64,000 nucleotides of DNA from Vulcanimicrobiota bacterium (GCA_963714015.1 OY970223.1:1696001-1760000), one strand, 5' to 3'; shown: positions 32,447 through 42,971, counted from the stretch's first letter. Translations and numbers: made by a program. The notes: generated from the sequence alone by a model not told the origin.

Positions 32447-33355
32447 TCAGCGCTCGCGAACGATGCACCGAAAACCGACGTGACTCATGCTCGAGTCGAT
32501 CATCTGCGGTGAACGCGCCGAAGGCCGGAAGCGCAGACAATAGTTCGGAGCGCACAGATGCGAGCCGCCTTTGAGTACTTTGCGCGGTATGCGGAATTGC
32601 GGATTGCGGGGATCGTAACTCTCGTCCATCGTCGCTCGCGCAGAGGCGCTGCAGCATGCAGTTTGCCGGTCCGGCCCGTGCATGCTGCGGTACCAATCGT
32701 CGGTCCATTCCCAAACGTTTCCGGCCATGTCGTATAAACCGTAACCGTTCGGCGGAAAAATACCGACCGGTGAGGTTCGTTCGTAGCCGTCCTTCAACAG
32801 ATTCTGCCACGGAAACTCGCCTTGCCACGTGTTGGCCATCACCTTGCCGCCCGGTTCCATCTCGTCGCCCCAAACGAACTTGGCACGATCTAAACCGCCT
32901 CGCGCGGCGAATTCCCATTCGGCTTCACTCGGCAATGTTTTTTCCACAAATGAAGCGTATGCGACCGCGTCTTCATACGTGACGTGCACGACCGGATGAT
33001 CGGGGATCTCCTGCGCCGAGCTTCCGGGACCCAACGGATATCTCCACTGCGCGCCCGGAACGTACGTCCACCATTGCGACCAATCGCTGAGATCGACCGG
33101 GCCGGCAGTGCGATGAAAAACGAGCGAGCCGGGAACGAGAGCTTCGGGCGGCACGTTTGGATAATCGTCCGGACTCGGCGGCCGCTCGGCGAACGTAACG
33201 TACGCCGTCGCATTCACGAACGCAGCGAATTCGCGGTTCGTCACCGGGTGCCGGTCCATTAGAAACCCCTGGACCGTTTCTTCGCGAACGGGTGCTTCCT
33301 CCGGATAAAATTCCTCGGAACCCATCGAGAACGTCCCGCCCGGAACCTGAACCAT
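32447..33355 (-). CDS. Formylglycine-generating enzyme (SUMF1/FGE-sulfatase) family protein
   Basis: HPVVHV, LPSEAEWEFAARGG, DMAGNVWEW, GGSHLCAPNYCLRFRPSAR, GFRC. Confidence 0.92.
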   Translation of the reverse strand: MVQVPGGTFSMGSEEFYPEEAPVREETVQGFLMDRHPVTNREFAAFVNATAYVTFAERPPSPDDYPNVPPEALVPGSLVFHRTAGPVDLSDWSQWWTYVPGAQWRYPLGPGSSAQEIPDHPVVHVTYEDAVAYASFVEKTLPSEAEWEFAARGGLDRAKFVWGDEMEPGGKVMANTWQGEFPWQNLLKDGYERTSPVGIFPPNGYGLYDMAGNVWEWTDDWYRSMHGPDRQTACCSASARATMDESYDPRNPQFRIPRKVLKGGSHLCAPNYCLRFRPSARSPQMIDSSMSHVGFRCIVRER

Positions 33356-33392
33356 GCCGGCCTGCAAGTCTGCGCATGCCGCTAGTATACAG

Positions 33393-33547
33393 CTAATCCA
33401 CGAGTTCGACGTCGCCTTCGTGCTCCTGCTGCTCGGTATGCGAGGCATTGAATTTGAAATTCAAGTCGCTGTCCGATGTGGATCCCCACGGAAATCTCGA
33501 GCCCATGTGTTTTTGTATTCTTGCAGCTCAGCAAACGGCGCGCGCTC
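33393..33547 (-). pseudogene. Degenerate DUF899 (thioredoxin-like) gene fragment
   Basis: RAPFAELQEYK / HMGSRFPWGSTSDSDLNFKFNASHTEQQEHEG resembles my recollection of the DUF899 core; no start and truncated. Confidence 0.45.
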
Positions 33548-33593
33548 GAGTCTTCGTCCGGCCGTAAACACGGCAGGCAAACGCTGTCATCGT

Positions 33594-34433
33594 TTACCTC
33601 TCGCGAAGACGAAGCGTTTTCAAGTAATCCGCGAGTATCCAAGCCGCGCCTATTGCTGCTAGGTTGTACGCATTACCAGCCCACGCCGACTGATCTCGGG
33701 GTGATGAGAAGATCTGAGGCCCCAGAACTAACGCGCTAAATATGGCGAGCATTACCGTCAGTAAGCGTGCGGCAAGAACGTCAAGTTTTCCCGAAAGAAT
33801 AGCGATACCGGCCAGAATGAAAGCGGCTCCGGTAAAATGTGCCCAAAATAGCTGGTTCGGCGGAAGCCGGCTCGGGACGAGCGCCGCCACGCTGTTGAAC
33901 GAACTGGTAAAGTGGACGACCCCGAAAATCAGCACGAACGCTCCGAACGCTAATTTCGCGAGCCGCGCAGCCGTGTTTAACCGGTTGGAGACGGGAGCCG
34001 TCATCATCGCAATGGCCAGGAATGCCGCCGACACCAGGATTGCTTGTTGTCCCATCCCGTCGAAAACGCCAAGGAACATCGCCGGTCGAAAACCGAAAAA
34101 GTGCGGTACCCAATAAAGCCTCGGCAGCCAAAACGCGGCAAACATGGCGTACAAGATCGCCAGCGTCGTTGCGCCGGCTCGAGCGGTTCGCCGGCTTAAC
34201 ATCGCAGCGCCGCCGACCACAAGTCCCAGGGCCGTGAGATCCGCAAATAGATGGCGAAACGGGAAAAAGCCGCTTACCGTAAATGCCTGAATTGGCTGCC
34301 AGTCTGTTGCGAAATCACCCCAAGCAAGGTTGATTGCGCCGGCGGCGATTGCAGCCGCCGAATACACATAAACGCCGGCTCGCGATGTCTTCGAACGCTG
34401 CTGAATATTCAAATGGCGCTGAGTATACCACAA
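33594..34433 (-). CDS. DoxX-like membrane protein
   Basis: FGVVHF, LVP, FWAHFTGAAFILAG, AARLL; 8 hydrophobic segments. Confidence 0.75.
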   Translation of the reverse strand: MWYTQRHLNIQQRSKTSRAGVYVYSAAAIAAGAINLAWGDFATDWQPIQAFTVSGFFPFRHLFADLTALGLVVGGAAMLSRRTARAGATTLAILYAMFAAFWLPRLYWVPHFFGFRPAMFLGVFDGMGQQAILVSAAFLAIAMMTAPVSNRLNTAARLAKLAFGAFVLIFGVVHFTSSFNSVAALVPSRLPPNQLFWAHFTGAAFILAGIAILSGKLDVLAARLLTVMLAIFSALVLGPQIFSSPRDQSAWAGNAYNLAAIGAAWILADYLKTLRLRER

Positions 34434-34609
34434 CTTTTATTTATATGCCTCTGAAGTATCGACGAACGAGCTTGTTCCAGTACTTCGGACTAGTCCGCGA
34501 CGGTGACCGGCTCTGCAGGCGAACGAACCGGAGTTGTATTCTTCCGGTTCGAGTTGCTCGCTAAGGAACTGACGGGGCCTTCATCGATGTCATCGCTAGG
34601 GCAGTCGGC

Positions 34610-34984
34610 CTAATCCACGGGACCCGAATCCGGAATCGCCGACATGATTTCGTGCGCCAGAGCGTTCGCATCGACGTTCCCAGGAGGCTGAACGGCGATC
34701 CTCGGGAACCGCTCTCCGCGCGTTTCGATCACCAGACAGTCGCGCTCACCGGCAACGTCGACGAAGATCAGCCCCTGCGGATTCGCGAAGATTCCGACGG
34801 TCTTCGCAATGCCTAAGTTGGTTCCCCGGATGTTATATTGGAGCTCCAAATCCTCGTAGTCGCTGACGTAGGCATTAGTCACATGCGAGAGCGGCATCTC
34901 GAACGACGTATCCACCGTCAGCAGGGAGTCCAAGAACGAGAGTTTGATCGACAACTTGCCGTCTTGAATCTTGACGCTTGCCAT
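34610..34984 (-). CDS. Hypothetical protein (possible PH-like fold)
   Basis: RBS AAGGAAGAG; PLSHV..RGT..G.F pattern. Confidence 0.65.
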   Translation of the reverse strand: MASVKIQDGKLSIKLSFLDSLLTVDTSFEMPLSHVTNAYVSDYEDLELQYNIRGTNLGIAKTVGIFANPQGLIFVDVAGERDCLVIETRGERFPRIAVQPPGNVDANALAHEIMSAIPDSGPVD

Positions 34985-35025
34985 GCTCTTCCTTTACTGC
35001 CGTTTCCATCGGAACGGCGGCCTCG

Positions 35026-36639
35026 TTACGGTGAAACGTATACGTCGTCCGGCACTGCCGTCTCGATCTCCAACGCATGTATCGTTGTGTCGTTCGTCGT
35101 GCATCGTCCGGCCTCGACGAGGTCGAAATGCCAGCGATGGCGCGGGCACACAATGCAGGTTTGCTCGCTCCATCCGTGCGATAGATCGCCTCCCTGATGG
35201 GGGCAATAACGCAACACCGAGTATCGGCGGCCGGCGCACTCGACGACGATTCGCTCGCGATTCTCCTGAATTGCGCGCGTCATCTCGCACCAGCGCGTCA
35301 GATCTTCGCCGTCAAGCAAGAGAAACGCGTGCAGGACCGGCTTGTAGACGTCGGGCTCCCGGCGGATGCGCACCCGGAAAGTGAGCGAGAATTCTTCCCA
35401 TGTGAGCGCGCCGTCCAGCACACGTTCGACTTGCCACGCCGGCGCGATAAGCTCGTAGAACTGCTTCGCGCACGGTTCAGCCGTGATGGAAATGCTTCCG
35501 CTCTGAAAATCGACCTTCACTGCGTTCCCGGGATCCTCCGCAATTCGAAAATACAACGGAACCTCTACTTGCGCTGCAAGCGTAAGGTGCCGCAATTTCT
35601 GACGAAATGCTTCGCGCAGCCGCTCGAGGATCGTGTGCACGGCAGTTTGCGTACCGGGTTGCCGCCGGCGGGCGTAGTAGTCGCGCGCGTAGCGTTCAAT
35701 GACGTCTTTCCGATCTGCGGGCGAAATCACCGTGCCGCGATCGCGGATTTCGATTCCGGACGCCAAATCGATCACGGCGCCAGGGCCGATCTCCGGAATA
35801 ACCGTGCCGGTTTTGCGCAAGCGGCGGCTCAGATAGAACGCCAGCTTTTCGCTGTGTGGAAAGATGTTCATCGGCTCGAAATTCAAGTGCATGATCGCCG
35901 GGTCGAGAAAGCACGCGGGGCCGGCCGAGGGCAAGTAGACCTGCGGCTCGAGTGTTTCAATGGCACGGGCGACGCTCTCGAATTTTGCGTATGCCTTTCT
36001 CTTCGAAAGCGCCGCATAATGCTCGGAATCATAGGCGTAACACGTCGGATGCCACGTGGCGCCGGTGAACTGGCAAGCAAAAGCGTCGATGTGTCCTGCG
36101 TCCTGCTTGATTTGCGGCAGCCGATCGAACAGCTTGCAGTCGTTCATGTCGAAGAACGTGCGTCCGTCAATCTCGACGAGCAGCGCCGAGTCACGGTTCA
36201 GTTCGGAATCGTCGAGATAGAGCCGCAGGCGTCCATCGCGTAAGGGAAGGTCTTCGCCGTCTTCCAACACCGCGATGCGTTTGCAGGCAAAACCTTCCAG
36301 TTTTTCCCGCAGCTTGGGGCTGCGGAATCGCGGCACCACGAGGGTGAAGTTGCGGTTTTTTATCGAGCGCAGAAACCCAATGTCGAAATGGTCCTGGTGC
36401 TCGTGACTGACGTAGACATAGCGCGCCCGCGATTCGTCGTCCAGCCGTTCTTGGGCAAACGGCGCCATATGCCAATTCAACGGAAATTGGAACCACGCAC
36501 CGTCGAACGCTCCATCTTCGGAGAGCCACGGGTCGGTGATCACCACGCTCGCATCGCTTTCGATGCAGAAGGCCGCATGGCCCAAGTAGGTTACAAGCAT
36601 GTAGTACCTTGCCGGCGCATGCGCCGTTTTTGTGACCAT
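35026..36639 (-). CDS. MBL-fold metallo-hydrolase with C-terminal Rieske 2Fe-2S domain (CMP-Neu5Ac hydroxylase-like)
   Basis: YLGHA, TDPW, SHEHQDH, PSAGPACFLD; CPHQGGDL..CPRHRW. Confidence 0.85.
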   Translation of the reverse strand: MVTKTAHAPARYYMLVTYLGHAAFCIESDASVVITDPWLSEDGAFDGAWFQFPLNWHMAPFAQERLDDESRARYVYVSHEHQDHFDIGFLRSIKNRNFTLVVPRFRSPKLREKLEGFACKRIAVLEDGEDLPLRDGRLRLYLDDSELNRDSALLVEIDGRTFFDMNDCKLFDRLPQIKQDAGHIDAFACQFTGATWHPTCYAYDSEHYAALSKRKAYAKFESVARAIETLEPQVYLPSAGPACFLDPAIMHLNFEPMNIFPHSEKLAFYLSRRLRKTGTVIPEIGPGAVIDLASGIEIRDRGTVISPADRKDVIERYARDYYARRRQPGTQTAVHTILERLREAFRQKLRHLTLAAQVEVPLYFRIAEDPGNAVKVDFQSGSISITAEPCAKQFYELIAPAWQVERVLDGALTWEEFSLTFRVRIRREPDVYKPVLHAFLLLDGEDLTRWCEMTRAIQENRERIVVECAGRRYSVLRYCPHQGGDLSHGWSEQTCIVCPRHRWHFDLVEAGRCTTNDTTIHALEIETAVPDDVYVSP

Positions 36640-36865
36640 TGTACGCGGCGAAGCGCCCCGCCGTCAGATGGTACCCTTCCCGGCACATTGAGGAAAAGGT
36701 CGGGCGCGGCACACCCGGTTAGTACAGGAGGCCCATCCGGCGTAAGCCGCGGCCACGCCGTTCCTCGGGCATTGCGGTGATTCTCGCCGAAAAGTGTCCG
36801 TATTGGTTGCGCACAAGGCTATTCACGAGGCGCATCATCGACGCGGACGATGCATTGCCGAATCC

Positions 36866-37480
36866 TCACGTGATAGATGCGATGCTGGGGTGAACGAAAG
36901 GAACGTATCCCAGTTCAAGAACGGACACGATGGACCGCGGGGTCAGCACTTCGACGATGATGCCGGACGGCGCAGGCTGCCGCGTGACGTATCCCTGGTC
37001 GGACCATTCGTACAACGTCCCTTCCCAAAGCAGCCGCGCCTTTCCGCCAAGTGAAACGTACGTGCCGCCCGGAAGTGCTCCGATCCTATCGTGGTACGTG
37101 CGCTTGACTCTGCCGTCGAGCCGATCGGCGTGCAATTTTGCGTCGATCCTATCGGCGCAAACGGGTCCGTCGCAAATACGTGCCCAGAAACCGCGAAAGG
37201 CCTTGTAATCGGCATTGCGGCATTCCGCGCAGGGGCGATGCCCTGCCGAGAGTGCGGCGGCCTCGTCCAGGAAAAACAGCTCCGTCCAGCGGTTCGGACG
37301 CATAATTTCGCGGCGCCTTCCGCGGAATTCCGTGCGGCAGGCAATCCAGCGCCGCGTCTGCCAAGGCCGCACGATCCGGCGGTCCGCGTCATGCAGAACG
37401 CCGCGGTTGCCCACCAGCAAACCGCGACCGGAGAGCGCGAGGATATCACCGGACGGCGTGACGCGATTTTGCAGCGGCAT
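36866..37480 (-). CDS. Conserved hypothetical protein with Ada-like metal-binding motif
   Basis: MPLQNRVTP, GNRG.LH, ELFFLDEA, AGHRPCAEC. Confidence 0.75.
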   Translation of the reverse strand: MPLQNRVTPSGDILALSGRGLLVGNRGVLHDADRRIVRPWQTRRWIACRTEFRGRRREIMRPNRWTELFFLDEAAALSAGHRPCAECRNADYKAFRGFWARICDGPVCADRIDAKLHADRLDGRVKRTYHDRIGALPGGTYVSLGGKARLLWEGTLYEWSDQGYVTRQPAPSGIIVEVLTPRSIVSVLELGYVPFVHPSIASIT

Positions 37481-37518
37481 CGAAAGGGTTACGATGGACG
37501 AAAGCGAGATGTTCCAGC

Positions 37519-38184
37519 ATGGAAACGATCGGCGATATTACGGAATTCTTGCGGCTGCCCTCCCCGGCGCCCAAACCGCTCGGCGTGGCTTTTAACGGCG
37601 GAACACTCTGGATGGCAAGCCGGGAAACGCACCGGCTTTATGCAATCGACGCATCGTCGTGGACGGTGCGCGACGAAGCTCAAGCTCCGGGCGGTCCGTT
37701 CGGCATGGCGATCGTCGGCGACGAACTGCGCGTCGTCATCGCGCTGGGCGAGAACGAACAGGATCGGTACATCTACCGGTTCGTTCCCGGTCACGGCTTC
37801 AAGACCGATCGGATCGATTGTCCCGACTTGACCGGTTCTCACGTTGCGTTTGACGGCGACACGCTGTTTCTCTCCCAGGCGCATTACCGCAAGATACTGG
37901 CGCTGGACGCGAATGGCGGTATTACGCGCGAGATAAGCTTAAAACGCACGCCGCTTGGGATGGCAATCGCTGCCGGCAACTTCTATCTGATAACGTCGGA
38001 CGAAGAATTCGAGAATCTGCAGCTCACGATGGTCGACGCTCATGGTGAAATGCCGGTGGAAACGACGCTGGCTTCCGTTCCGTTTGACGCGCGCGGACTC
38101 ACTTTTGACGGCTCGAGGTTTTGGACAAGTCACCGCGACAACAACGAGATCGTCGCATTTGAATCATCGCTTTCCAAAGGGTGA
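37519..38184 (+). CDS. Hypothetical beta-propeller protein
   Basis: Repeated G.AFDG..LW/LF blades. Confidence 0.7.
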   Translation: METIGDITEFLRLPSPAPKPLGVAFNGGTLWMASRETHRLYAIDASSWTVRDEAQAPGGPFGMAIVGDELRVVIALGENEQDRYIYRFVPGHGFKTDRIDCPDLTGSHVAFDGDTLFLSQAHYRKILALDANGGITREISLKRTPLGMAIAAGNFYLITSDEEFENLQLTMVDAHGEMPVETTLASVPFDARGLTFDGSRFWTSHRDNNEIVAFESSLSKG

Positions 38185-39976
38185 TGCTCGTCGCGCGGCC
38201 CTCGTTTCCGCAGCAGCTCTTGCCTGCACGCTTTCAGGCTGCGGAGCGGTCCACGCTCAGTCGCCGGCTGTAACAGTACCGGCAGACGCCGCGGTGCGCG
38301 GCGATCGCGCCGAAGGTTGGTTGCAGCAAAGCCGCTCGCCGGTGCTGGCGCGTAACGGGATGGTGGTAACCAGCCAGCCTTTGGCGGCGCAGGCCGGTTT
38401 GCGCATTCTCATGCAGGGCGGTAATGCGGTGGATGCGGCAGTTGCTGCAGCGGCGACGCTCAGCGTCGTCGAGCCGATGATGACCGGCATGGGCGGCGAC
38501 GTCTTTGCGATTATCTATATCGCTAAAGATCGCCGGTATTACGTGTTGAACGCGAGCGGAAAAGCGCCGAGCGGCGCGACGATTGCGCGGTTTGATTCCC
38601 TGGGCTATCGTTACGATCCGAAGAACTGGGGCCCCGGTTCCGGAATGCCGCCGGGCGGAATTCTCGACGTCACCGTGCCGGGTTCGGTGTGGGGATGGGA
38701 TGAGGCGCTGCGCCGGTTCGGCACGATGAAGTTCGATCGCGTTCTGGCACCTGCCGCCGACTACGCCCGCAGCGGCTTTCCGGTTTCGGAGCGCATCTCC
38801 GGAGAATGGCGTTTACCTGATGCCCTGCCGCTTCGCGGCTGCTGCGTGCGGCCCGATCCGGACTCGGTGCGCACCTGGTACATCGACGGCGCCTCTCCGC
38901 GCGCGGGCCAGATCTTTCGCAATCCCGACCTGGCGCGTTCGTTTGGGCTGCTTCAAAAATACGGACGCGATGTTTTTTATCGCGGCGAGATTGCGCGCGC
39001 CATCGTTGCCAAGTCACGCGCGCTGGGCGGAACGATGACGCCGGCCGATTTGGCAAGTTACCGCGGCGAATGGGTGAAGCCGGTCGATACCATCTATCAC
39101 GGCGCTCATGTTCTCGAGCTGCCCCCGCCTTCCCAAGGTTTCGCCGCAAACGAAGCGCTCAACATTCTGGCGCAGTGCGTTCCGAAGGTTTTGCCCGGCC
39201 AATCCTTAGCCTCTCTCGGACCGGCCCGCGCTCAGTACTGGCACATGCTTGTAGAAGCGAAGAAACTTGCCTACGCAGATCTCTATCGTTTCAATGGCGA
39301 TCCGGACGTTGAGCGCGTTCCGGTTGCGCAATTGCTCTCAGTGAACCATGCGCAATCGCAATGCTCAAAGATGTCGGCAAATGCTGCAGCAGAAATGCAC
39401 TCGCCCGGGCCGCCCGCCGGACGCGGCGATACGATCGTCCTCTCAACGGCAGACCGTTGGGGCAACATGGTGTCGTGGGTGAACAGCAACTACGACGAGT
39501 TCGGCTCCGGGATTACGGTTCCGGGTTACGGTTTCATTTTGCACGACCGGGGTGCGCTCTTCACGCTGGATCCAAAGAGCCCAAACGCGATAGCGCCGCA
39601 CAAGCGCCCGTTCAATACGCTTTGCGCAGGCTTCATTGCCCGCGACGGGCTGCCGGAGATGACGCTCGGGCTCATGGGCGGCGACATGCAGCCGCAAGGT
39701 CACGAACAGATCGTCGTCGACATCGTCGATCTGCGCGCAAACGTGCAGCAAGCCGGCGACGTCGCGCGCTTTCGTCAGGACGAGATCTCGCACACTTTGT
39801 ATTTGGAGTCGCCGCTCTATGAAGTCGTAGGCGCCGATCTCGGCGCAATGGGCTACCGGGTGCGATCGACGAACCGCGCGCCGATGGGCGGCTATCAAGC
39901 GATCATGCGCCTTTCAAACGGCGCTTATGCGGCAGGTTCGGACTTCGGAAAAGACGGCGAAGCCGTCGGCTGGTAA
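38159..39976 (+). CDS. ggt: Gamma-glutamyltransferase family protein (lipoprotein)
   Basis: GGNAVDAAVA, VTVPG, catalytic Thr in GDTIVLSTAD..GN, FGSG, MGGDMQPQGH; LSGC lipobox. Confidence 0.92.
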   Translation: MNHRFPKGDARRAALVSAAALACTLSGCGAVHAQSPAVTVPADAAVRGDRAEGWLQQSRSPVLARNGMVVTSQPLAAQAGLRILMQGGNAVDAAVAAAATLSVVEPMMTGMGGDVFAIIYIAKDRRYYVLNASGKAPSGATIARFDSLGYRYDPKNWGPGSGMPPGGILDVTVPGSVWGWDEALRRFGTMKFDRVLAPAADYARSGFPVSERISGEWRLPDALPLRGCCVRPDPDSVRTWYIDGASPRAGQIFRNPDLARSFGLLQKYGRDVFYRGEIARAIVAKSRALGGTMTPADLASYRGEWVKPVDTIYHGAHVLELPPPSQGFAANEALNILAQCVPKVLPGQSLASLGPARAQYWHMLVEAKKLAYADLYRFNGDPDVERVPVAQLLSVNHAQSQCSKMSANAAAEMHSPGPPAGRGDTIVLSTADRWGNMVSWVNSNYDEFGSGITVPGYGFILHDRGALFTLDPKSPNAIAPHKRPFNTLCAGFIARDGLPEMTLGLMGGDMQPQGHEQIVVDIVDLRANVQQAGDVARFRQDEISHTLYLESPLYEVVGADLGAMGYRVRSTNRAPMGGYQAIMRLSNGAYAAGSDFGKDGEAVGW

Positions 39977-40009
39977 GAGCTTCTGCGCCCAGCCTCCCTT
40001 TCGAGCGTG

Positions 40010-40273
40010 CTACGGGCTGGGGGTCGGCCAAAGCGTCGGCATCGGCATCGGCGTCACGGCGGTCGGCAGCGGCTGCGGCGTTATTGCGCTCGGCATCGGT
40101 TGAGGAGTCGCCCACGTCGAAGTCGGTTGCGGCGCCGGCGTCGGAGTTGGACTAGGCGAAGGCGTTGCCGTCGATTGCAACGTGGGCGATCGGCCGGACG
40201 CTCCGCCTGCAAGAATTGCAACCAAACCCGCCGTCGCTCCGGCCATAGCGAGCAATCTTCTGAGCCGATTCAT
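40010..40273 (-). CDS. Small secreted Pro/Thr-rich protein
   Basis: Signal peptide followed by TPSPSPTPTP and TPQP repeats. Confidence 0.6.
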   Translation of the reverse strand: MNRLRRLLAMAGATAGLVAILAGGASGRSPTLQSTATPSPSPTPTPAPQPTSTWATPQPMPSAITPQPLPTAVTPMPMPTLWPTPSP

Positions 40274-40303
40274 ACCGCGGCTTTACCCCGTGCTCTTCCT
40301 GCG

Positions 40304-42124
40304 CTAACGAAGCAGCGCCGTCGCCGAGTTCAAAGAAGCTGCTGTGCCGGCCGCGGCGGTGTTCGCGGACTGCGCACTGCCGGACGAGATTGCGCCGCTC
40401 ACCTGCGGAAAAGCTATCGCGGCGTATCCGTTGGACGAATATGCGATGCCGTCCAAAATCCGCACGGCCTGCAATGCTCGCGCATTCTTCGATGGAGCCG
40501 TAACGGCGTCAAAGGATGACGCAGCCTGCTCGAAGGCGTTCACCGCATCTTGCAATCCATGCAGATCGAGCGCCATCCCAGCGGATTTTGCTTGCAGGCT
40601 GAGCGATTTGAGGCCGTCGTCCAAGATGTCGCCGTACGCTTGGAATGAGTACGGGATCGCGGCGGAATCAGCAAGGCGCATTGCCATTATGCCGGCGGTT
40701 CTCGCAATCGCACGATGATGAACGAAGCCGGGATCCGCGATGCGCGACATGTACCCGTAGTCGTCGAAGGACGAATGGTACACGCCGAGCGGACCTTCAT
40801 ATCCGATGTTGACGATTGGCGCGCCCGCACTGTAGATGAAAGCCTCGAAATCGGAACCTCCGCCGGGCGGCCGCGCGCGGAGCAACGTCACACCGTCGAT
40901 TTCTTTTGCCGCCTGCGTCAGCAACGGAATGAGGGCAGCCGCACCTCCCGCACCAAATCGCGGGCCGGACGCCGCCTCGTCCACGTTGACGTAGCCGACG
41001 CAGCCATCACGCAGTTCGGCCAGATGCGCCGAGACGTACGCACGCGATCCAAGTTCGCCCAATTCTTCCGCATCGAAACCAATGATCCGGATCGTCCGCA
41101 GCGGCGTCCAACCTTGTTTGTGGAGCGCTCCCAATCCACGCGCCGTCTCGAGCAGCGAAGCAATCCCCGAGCCGTCGTCGCTCACGCCGTACACCCAAGC
41201 GTCGCGGTGCGCACCTAAGATCACGGTCTGCTGCGGATTCGTCCCGCGGATCTCGCCCACAGTGTTCCAAAGCGTCGCCGGCGTCGCGTTCATCACCACT
41301 TGGAGATGCACCGACGATCGCGTCTGCCCCATGGGATACGCCACAGGCAATGCACCGCTCCATTTTGCCGGCGCCGGCTTCCCGCGCATATCCTGCAGCA
41401 GCCGTTGTGCCGTGATCGACGTTACCGGCAGTGTCGGAATGCGCAAGCGCGCGTCGTTGAACGCTATCGTTCCGCGCTGAACCGATCCGGCCGGTCGATA
41501 AGGCCCGTTGGGATACACCGGTCCTCGGGCAAAGCCGTCGTCTTGCGGATCGGAGTAAAAGATCACGCCTGCGGCGCCTCGATCCTGTGCGCGCTTAGCC
41601 AGATTCCCACGAAATTCGGCTCCGTACCTGACCAGAACGATTTTTCCGCGCACGTCTACGCCGGCCTTGCTAAGCGCGGCGTAATCGGCATCCAAACCCC
41701 GGCTCGCGTAGACCAGCGGAGCGCGAACGTCGCCGTCGCCGCTTCCCGCATTGAACGGGACCCCGGCATCGGCGCGCGAGCCGTCCGGATCGGATGGTAT
41801 CGGCTGTTCGTGCAAATCGAACGTCGTCGCAGGATCGCTCAAAAGCTGCAATTGCAGCGTGCGAGGCGTATAAACGACGGTCCGGAACGTCTCGAGGTGA
41901 GCGTCCATACCGAATTCGCGCAACTTGTCCCGCATGTAAAGCGCGAGCCGCTGGTCCCCCGGCGTTCCGGGGAAGTGCATGCGCTCGTTGATGAAACGCG
42001 CCGTTGCATCGGCTCCTGCAGCGCTTGGAACGGCAAGGAATCGGCTTTCCAGCGATTGCTCCGAAGCGGGGGCCGCAGCAATGAGCGCAACACTCAAACA
42101 TGCGGCGAAGCACGGCGTCTTCAC
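40304..42124 (-). CDS. M28 peptidase with PA domain (glutamate carboxypeptidase II-like)
   Basis: GAHRDAW, DDGSG, FDAEE, GGSDF, YHS; GTG start overlaps the upstream stop. Confidence 0.9.
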   Translation of the reverse strand: MKTPCFAACLSVALIAAAPASEQSLESRFLAVPSAAGADATARFINERMHFPGTPGDQRLALYMRDKLREFGMDAHLETFRTVVYTPRTLQLQLLSDPATTFDLHEQPIPSDPDGSRADAGVPFNAGSGDGDVRAPLVYASRGLDADYAALSKAGVDVRGKIVLVRYGAEFRGNLAKRAQDRGAAGVIFYSDPQDDGFARGPVYPNGPYRPAGSVQRGTIAFNDARLRIPTLPVTSITAQRLLQDMRGKPAPAKWSGALPVAYPMGQTRSSVHLQVVMNATPATLWNTVGEIRGTNPQQTVILGAHRDAWVYGVSDDGSGIASLLETARGLGALHKQGWTPLRTIRIIGFDAEELGELGSRAYVSAHLAELRDGCVGYVNVDEAASGPRFGAGGAAALIPLLTQAAKEIDGVTLLRARPPGGGSDFEAFIYSAGAPIVNIGYEGPLGVYHSSFDDYGYMSRIADPGFVHHRAIARTAGIMAMRLADSAAIPYSFQAYGDILDDGLKSLSLQAKSAGMALDLHGLQDAVNAFEQAASSFDAVTAPSKNARALQAVRILDGIAYSSNGYAAIAFPQVSGAISSGSAQSANTAAAGTAASLNSATALLR

Positions 42125-42813
42125 AACACACCAAACGTTCGCAGAAATTCCAGTGAGAGCGCCCACGATTGCCGCGCAGCGGAGGGCTCGTAACTCTCCC
42201 GCCGGTCGCAGAAAAAACCGTGACCGGCCTGCGAGAAGACCACCTGTTCGTGCGTTTTCTCTGCGGCGGTCAGCGCGTCTGCGACCGCGCGGTATTGCTC
42301 GGGCGAAATGTGCGAATCCGCACCGCCCCAGAACATGAGCAAAGGCGCGTGTTGACGCTTCGCACGGTCCAGCAAATCGGGCGCGATGCCGCCGCCGTAA
42401 TACGAGATCGCCGCCCGCAGCGGCAAGGCCGCATTCGCAATGTACGATACCCTTCCGCCCATGCAAAAGCCGATCGCCGCAATACGCTGCGCATCGACGC
42501 CGGGTTCGTTCGTGAGCCGCTCGTACGCCGCGGCAGCATCCGCTTCGAGCCCGTCGGGCGTGAGCGCAGCCATATGCGGACGAATCGGTTCGAAGTCGCC
42601 GTACGCCGCTTCAAATCCGGACGCCGTGCGATGAAAAAGTTCGGGGGCGATAGCGGTAATGCCGATCTCCGCGAAACGGTCCGCGACGTCCCGGATGTAG
42701 TCGTTCACCCCGAACGCTTCTTGAAAGACGATGATGCCGGCGCCATTCGCTTTGCCGGGCGCAGCGACATAAGCTTGCATCCGGCTGCCGTCCGAAACAG
42801 GTAGCTCAATCAC
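42121..42813 (-). CDS. Dienelactone hydrolase
   Basis: QEAFGV, GFCMGG, AGHGFFCD. Confidence 0.92.
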   Translation of the reverse strand: MIELPVSDGSRMQAYVAAPGKANGAGIIVFQEAFGVNDYIRDVADRFAEIGITAIAPELFHRTASGFEAAYGDFEPIRPHMAALTPDGLEADAAAAYERLTNEPGVDAQRIAAIGFCMGGRVSYIANAALPLRAAISYYGGGIAPDLLDRAKRQHAPLLMFWGGADSHISPEQYRAVADALTAAEKTHEQVVFSQAGHGFFCDRRESYEPSAARQSWALSLEFLRTFGVL

Positions 42814-42971
42814 CTTCGTTTCGTACGACCATCGGAACGCAGAGCCCTAGCCGTTGCCGAAGCACGGTCCGTGCCGCTGACACGGCCTCAGCGAGGCGCT
42901 GCTCATCTTCTTTTAACCATGCCGGTTCGTCTTCTCATCAAAGTTGCAGTTTCGAAGCGTAGGCTCGAAAC

